From positions 1 to 11,792 of the forward strand of contig NW_021826886.1 of assembly GCF_006345805.1 (NCBI RefSeq): a stretch of 11,792 nucleotides of DNA, read 5' to 3'. This document shows, one piece after another, positions 7,321-11,792 of the stretch (the stretch's first letter is position 1; each line of letters starts with the position of its first letter). A program made the translations under genes and the position numbers. The notes under the pieces were generated by a model. The model saw only the letters and a program-made list of their open reading frames with translations. It ran no database searches and was not told where the DNA came from. Source of the DNA: Octopus sinensis. Its lineage: Eukaryota.

Positions 7321-7450
7321 TAAATCTTTCTGTTATTGGCACAAAACCTAAAATTTTGTGGAAGAGGGCAAGTCGATTTCACCTGTTTTATCGACTCTGA
7401 AAGGATGAAAGGTAAAGTCGACCTCGGCGGGATTTGAACTCAGGACGTAA
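7321..7450 (-). mobile_element. Truncated, internally deleted SINE family B (B2 tail)
   Basis: 'ttattggcacaa..gggcaagtcgatt..ttttatcgactctgaaaggatgaaaggtaaagtcgacctcggcgggatttgaactcag'. Confidence 0.85.
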
Positions 7451-7783
7451 AGTAGGGTTGACAAAAAGATCGAAGATAGTACATGACGATACAGTGTGGG
7501 GCTACAAAGAAAAGAGTGTGTAAAAAGGAAAATAACAGAAGCAAAAAAAAAATGCAACAAAGAATAATACCTCAAAAGATAGGGAGACCCCTGAGAGCTA
7601 CTGGTGGAAAGCTCAGGAAACTAAGGTCAGCCTGACCACTAAGCCAAGTATTCTATCCCAGTTGTCCTCCAACCTCCCGGCATATGTTCAGAGTTCAGGG
7701 CAGGCCTATTCACCCGGACTATGCTCGCCATTCCAATCCATATTTCAATAAATGTGTTGGGAGGCAGCACTTCCCTCTCCACT

Positions 7784-8266
7784 CTCACTTTCCTTCTTTA
7801 AGATGCAGACTCTTCAACCCAGTCAGACCCGAATCAGTGTAACACATGACGGTCACACGGTAACAGATGATGATGATAATGATGATGTAAGCGCTCCCTA
7901 CTTCTAGCCGACCTTACAGAGATATCTTTCTCTCGGTCCACCACTAGGTATGACTAACCACCCTGGACAAGCGTCTCAGTTTTTCGTTTTTCTCTACTTG
8001 AAGATCTGAACAAAACTAGACCCGCCTCACTTTCCTTTTCGAGTCCCTTCTACAAAACGTAAACTCTTCAACCCAATCAAACGTGAACTGGGGCAAGACA
8101 TGATGCTCAGACAGTAACAGATGATAACAATGTCGGTCTTCGCCATCCCGAGCCAACTTCTCAAAGACAGCTTCCTCTCGACCAACTTCTAGGTGAGTCT
8201 AGCCACCCGGGACATCACTACATCGCAGTTTTTCTCAAATTGGAGATCTGGATAAAAATAGATCCG
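7784..8266 (+). repeat. Two diverged tandem units of ~242 bp (7784-8025 and 8026-8266), family not recognised
   Basis: Shared anchors ctcactttcctt (7784, 8026), actcttcaaccca, gtaacagatgat, ctaggt..cta..caccc.ggaca, tttttctc..ttg.agatctg.a.aaaa.taga.ccg; roughly 70% identity in the core by hand count. Confidence 0.85.
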
Positions 8267-8409
8267 AGCAATTTAAATGGTTCGTCTATCAATCTGGGAT
8301 ACTTTTCTATTTGTTGTTGTACCTCTTGCTCTGTTTTCCAACTTCTCTATCTTTTACAGTTGTGAATTATGGATCTGTGGTTGGTTTCTTGTCGAGTGGA
8401 TTCTGAGAT

Positions 8410-8649
8410 TTTTTTTTCTTCTTTACTACCCACAAGGGATTAAACACAGAGGGGACAAACAAGGACAGACAAACGGATTAAGTCGATTACATCGACTCCA
8501 GTGCGTAACTGGTACTTAATTTATCGACCCCGAAAGGATGAAAGGCAAACTCGACCTCGGCGGAATTTGAACTCAGAACGTAACGACAGACGAAATACGG
8601 CTACGCATTTCGCCTGGCGTGCTAACGTTTCTGCCAGCTCGCAGCCTTT
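8410..8649 (-). mobile_element. Full-length SINE family B (B1) with 11-bp TSD
   Basis: Reverse complement of 3984-4213; T-run (A tail) at 8410-8417; direct repeat gattctgagat at 8399-8409 and 8650-8660. Confidence 0.95.
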
Positions 8650-8817
8650 GATTCTGAGATATTTAACGATACATTTCGGCCAGGCCTCGAGAGGAGATTC
8701 TTCGCATTCTTTAATTCCTGGGTGGATAAAAGAAAATGCTTTCTTTTCACCGTTCGGCATTAGCAAAAGACAGTGAGCACTTGATTTATTAATCGCAGTG
8801 ATATGATTTCTTAATCA

Positions 8818-8910
8818 TGATGGTGGTGGTGAAGGCGGTAGAGGTGGTGGCAGCGGCAGCAGTGGTAGTGGTGGAGGTGGTGGGGAAGCGGTGGTATCGG
8901 TGATGGTGGC
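8818..8910. repeat. Imperfect (GGT/GGC/GCA)n trinucleotide tract
   Basis: Direct reading. Confidence 0.9.
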
Positions 8911-9326
8911 TGCGTGTAATTTGCTGGTGTTCTGAAGCGGCAGTTTAAATTTTCTTTCTGTTTCTCACTTTCGTTGATGTTTTGGTCGGCATATATGGTA
9001 GTAATAGCAGGGGGTTGTGACGCTTTGGTTTAACACAGTGTGTGTGTGAGTGTGTGTGTGTGTGGTGGGGAGCCGTGGTAACACTGCTGCTGCTCTTCCA
9101 ATCATTGTTCGTACTCCCTTGGCTTCCCACCGAAAAATTCGACACCATGCCTTTTAAAATTTTTAAACGAAATATATGCAAATTTGACAGAAATAATCAC
9201 AAATTCCAACTCCACCCGAAGAACGAAAATACAACAGAACTGAGAATCTCATCAAAATCTTTTGCAACACAAAGAGCGAACATTTTCAACGCGGATCTCT
9301 TGAAAAACAGTTAAAATTAAGAATGA

Positions 9327-9502
9327 GGTGTAGGAGCGGCTGTGTGGTAAGTAGCTTGTTTACCAACCACATGGTTCCGGGTTCAGTCCCACTGCGTGGC
9401 ACTTTGGGCAAGTGTCTTCTACTATAGCCTCGGGCCGACCAAAGTCTTGTGAGTGGATTTGGTAGACGGAAACTGAATGAAGCCTGTCGTATATATGTAC
9501 AC

Positions 9503-9536
<34 letters not shown>

Positions 9537-9692
9537 ACACACACACACATATATATATATATACATATATATAATAACAATAATAATAATAATAATAATA
9601 TGAGGGAATAATATTTCAAACTTACAGGGAAAAATTCAATTTAGAAATACTAAATTAAATTTCACAAAATATAATATATATATAATTAATAT

Positions 9693-9748
<56 letters not shown>

Positions 9749-9950
9749 TGTGTTTGTCCCCACCAACATCGCTTGACAACCGATGGTGGTGTTTACGTCC
9801 CCGTAAATTAGCGGTTCGGCAAAAAGAGACCGATAGAATAAGTACTAGGCTTACAAAGAATAAGTCCTGCAGTCGATTTGCTCGACTAAAGATGGTGCTC
9901 CGGCATGGCCACAGTCAAATGACTGAAACAAGTAAAAGAGTAAAGAGTAA
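9327..9950 (+). mobile_element. Full-length SINE family A with greatly expanded internal spacer (9490-9746)
   Basis: Head 9327-9490 and tail 9747-9950 match the other A copies; the spacer is (TA)(CA)(TA)(AAT), a ~70-bp non-repetitive insert, then (TA)(TG). Confidence 0.93.
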
Positions 9951-10002
9951 TGAACCTAAGATTGATGGAAAGCGATGAGTTACAGACCCCAAAATAACAA
10001 TA

Positions 10003-10241
10003 AATAATTTGTTTCTAATTTTGGCACAAAGCCCGAAGAGTTGAGAAGTGCCTTTATTTATCGACCCCACAGGGTTAAATAGTAATAATCTGTTCTTATT
10101 TTGGCATGAGGGCAGCAATTTTGGGGGTGTGGAAGTTCATTAAATCGACCCAGGTACTTGTTTTATCGACCTCGGAAGGATGAAAGGAAAAGTCGACCTC
10201 AATGAAATTTGTATTCAGAATAAAGAGCTGGAAGAAATACC
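10003..10241 (-). mobile_element. Two diverged SINE B2 fragments (10003-10075 and 10085-10241)
   Basis: Two copies of the 'attttggca' tail each followed by 'ttatcgacc'; the second runs on through 'gaaggatgaaaggaaaagtcgacctc..gaagaaatacc'. Confidence 0.75.
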
Positions 10242-10470
10242 TATTTCTTTACTACCCACAAGGGGCTAAACACAGAGGACAAACAAGGACAGACAAACGG
10301 ATTAAGTCGATTATATCGACCCCAGTGCGTAATCGGTACTTATTTAATCGACCCCGAAAGGATGAAAGGCAAAGTCGACTTCGGCGGAATTTGAACTCAG
10401 AACGTAGCAGCAGACGAAATACCGCTAAGCATTTTCTCCGGCAAGGTAACGATTCTGCCAGCAGGCCACT
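10242..10470 (-). mobile_element. Full-length SINE family B (B1)
   Basis: Colinear with 8418-8648 over the whole length. Confidence 0.95.
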
Positions 10471-10474
10471 TTGA

Positions 10475-10552
10475 TAATGGTTTCAAATTTTGACACAAGG
10501 CCAGCAATTTCGGGGGAGGGGTTAAATCGATTACATCGACTCCACTGTTCAG
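10475..10552 (-). mobile_element. SINE B2 tail fragment
   Basis: 'tttcaaattttgacacaaggccagcaatttcgggggaggggttaaatcgattacatcgactcca' nearly matches 3847-3912. Confidence 0.85.
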
Positions 10553-10557
10553 CCGAT

Positions 10558-10668
10558 ACCTAGCGGTTCGGCAAAAATAGATCGATTGAATAAGTACTGG
10601 GGTCTATCCGTTCGACTAAAAATTCTTCAAGGCGGTGCCCCAGCGTGGGCGCAGTCTAATGACTGAAA
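10558..10668 (+). mobile_element. SINE family A tail fragment
   Basis: 'cctagcggttcggcaaaa..aataagtactggggtc..ttcgactaaa..ttcaaggcggtgccccagc..gcagtctaatgactgaaa'. Confidence 0.85.
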
Positions 10669-10792
10669 GATTATAAAATGACTCGGAAAAAAAGTCGAAA
10701 ACTTCAGTGGAAATTAAAAAAATAGAGAATACCCTCTAGCTACATATGCTATGCTAATATTATACTCACACTTTATGAATTCCTAAACTTAC

Positions 10793-10950
10793 CTAAAATT
10801 GATGTGTATCTATCCTCCTTTATCACTGTTTCATCACTAGTCCGGAAAAACGGGCTACGCTCAATTGTGAATCATGTTATGTTTATCAAAGATTGATCTG
10901 TGATAACACGGCTCGGTGATCAGTTGAAGATTCTGATTGTACCGCAAAAG
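10793..10950 (-). other. Candidate first (non-coding/5' UTR) exon of a minus-strand transcript; 5' end approximate
   Basis: Perfect donor AG|GTAAGT on the minus strand (exon ends at 10793; + strand acttacct 10787-10794) about 180 bp from the Staf-like sites, in repeat-free sequence; only very short ATG ORFs inside. Confidence 0.4.
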
Positions 10951-10970
10951 CTTTCTCCCACAAAATGCGA

Positions 10971-11006
10971 CCACCCACTATGCTCAGCTACCCAGAATGC
11001 ACTGAC
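10971..11006 (+). promoter_or_regulatory. Tandem Staf/ZNF143-like binding sites; candidate promoter
   Basis: ctacccagaatgcactgac (10988-11006) matches 17/19 of the Staf consensus YYWCCCRNMATSCMYYRCR; ccacccactatgctcagct (10971-10989) matches 15/19; a looser third site tctcccacaaaatgc at 10954. Confidence 0.5.
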
Positions 11007-11583
11007 TAGCGCTTCTGTTTACATGACCGTGATGTGAGGCTGCGTGTTTCTTCTACGAATTTGCACACATGAACCAGTGGAGTGGAAATGAAAGAAAAAT
11101 ACGAAGGCGCCTGATCCTAACAAATGACTCAGATGAAAGTAGAGATGATCAAGAAAAAGACGCCACGGTAGAAACCTCGCTGCTGTGGGCTGCGAATTTG
11201 GTGGCAGTGAATCTACTATTCTTTCCATTTTCAAAATGCATAGGGACGATATATTTGTCACTGATTCAGTTATCACGTCTTTTTCTTACTTTATTTTTTC
11301 CAAATGCCCGTGATAAACGAGGATAGATTGAATTTCTAAAGCGACCTGTGTTGTCTGCTATTATATATGTATATAAAATTATAATTAAGGGTATCTAAAA
11401 GATACCATCATGCTAGAGATAGCAGTCAAAAATTGACTCTAAAACCACATCAAATATTCATACATGCCCTTATGCACCTATGATGATAGGTACACATGAG
11501 AATTCATAGTCAGGGTAGACGTGGTGTAAGCTCCGTATTAATTCGCCACAGATGTTCTCTTTTTCTTGGACTTTTCATTTTAC

Positions 11584-11654
11584 ATGTATGTATGTTATGT
11601 ATGTATGTATGTATGTATGTATGTATGTATGTATGTACGTACGTACGTATGTAT
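11584..11654. repeat. (TATG)n/(TACG)n microsatellite
   Basis: Direct reading. Confidence 0.95.
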
Positions 11655-11792
11655 TATACTTTGCTAAATTTGCCCAGAAACATTCACGCGTCGAACCACT
11701 CGAATGTTCAGAACTTACTATAGCTAGCAATATATCCCTAAAGACACATCACACGTGCAAGGAGCCGTATAGTTAATCCGATCTAGCGAGGG

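Noticed and set aside
7810-8213. Protein-coding constraint on the 242-bp tandem unit
   Set aside because: Hand count of differences by codon position (about 11/14/19) shows only a slight third-position excess, and all three copies have in-frame stops.
509-10474. Most ORFs in the supplied track (IYIYI, VCVCV, MYVC, 'YQIHSQ', 'FPSTKSTHK', 'RPRKDERQ' peptides)
   Set aside because: They are translations of SINE A/B/C/D and microsatellites; the same peptides recur wherever the repeats recur.
11060-11400. snRNA gene downstream of Staf plus octamer-like sites
   Set aside because: No recognisable U snRNA, 7SK or tRNA-Sec sequence on either side.
11069-11792. piggyBac-like element (acidic N-terminal peptide; window ends in GGG)
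   Set aside because: No matching TTAA-CCC left end with a complementary TIR in the window and no transposase core motifs; the flank beyond 11792 is not visible.
1-11792. CRISPR array, operon or other prokaryotic system
   Set aside because: No regularly spaced identical repeats with unique spacers and no gene-dense coding structure; the sequence is typical animal repeat-rich DNA.

Overview
Eukaryotic, AT-rich, repeat-dominated DNA with no confidently recognisable protein-coding gene. I infer an octopus (coleoid cephalopod) genome from the SINE families and the heavy microsatellite load; this is from memory, not a search. Most of the window is tRNA-derived SINEs of four families (labelled A-D here) plus (TA)n, (CA)n, (TATG)n and (CAC/GGT)n tracts, and nearly all ORFs in the track are artefacts of these repeats. 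Distinct structures: a 414-bp MITE with perfect 30-bp TIRs and an 8-bp TSD (Merlin-like, 5563-5976); a Penelope-type terminal fragment carrying a variant minimal hammerhead ribozyme (4623-4664); a pre-miRNA-sized hairpin (1399-1488); two long non-SINE inverted repeats (1537-2031 and 6548-7962), the second being part of a ~242-bp unit present in three copies. At the right end, tandem Staf/ZNF143-like sites (10971-11006) and a perfect minus-strand splice donor at 10793/10792 suggest a possibly bidirectional promoter, with much of the window lying in a minus-strand transcript. I found no convincing evidence for a wholly new multi-gene system.
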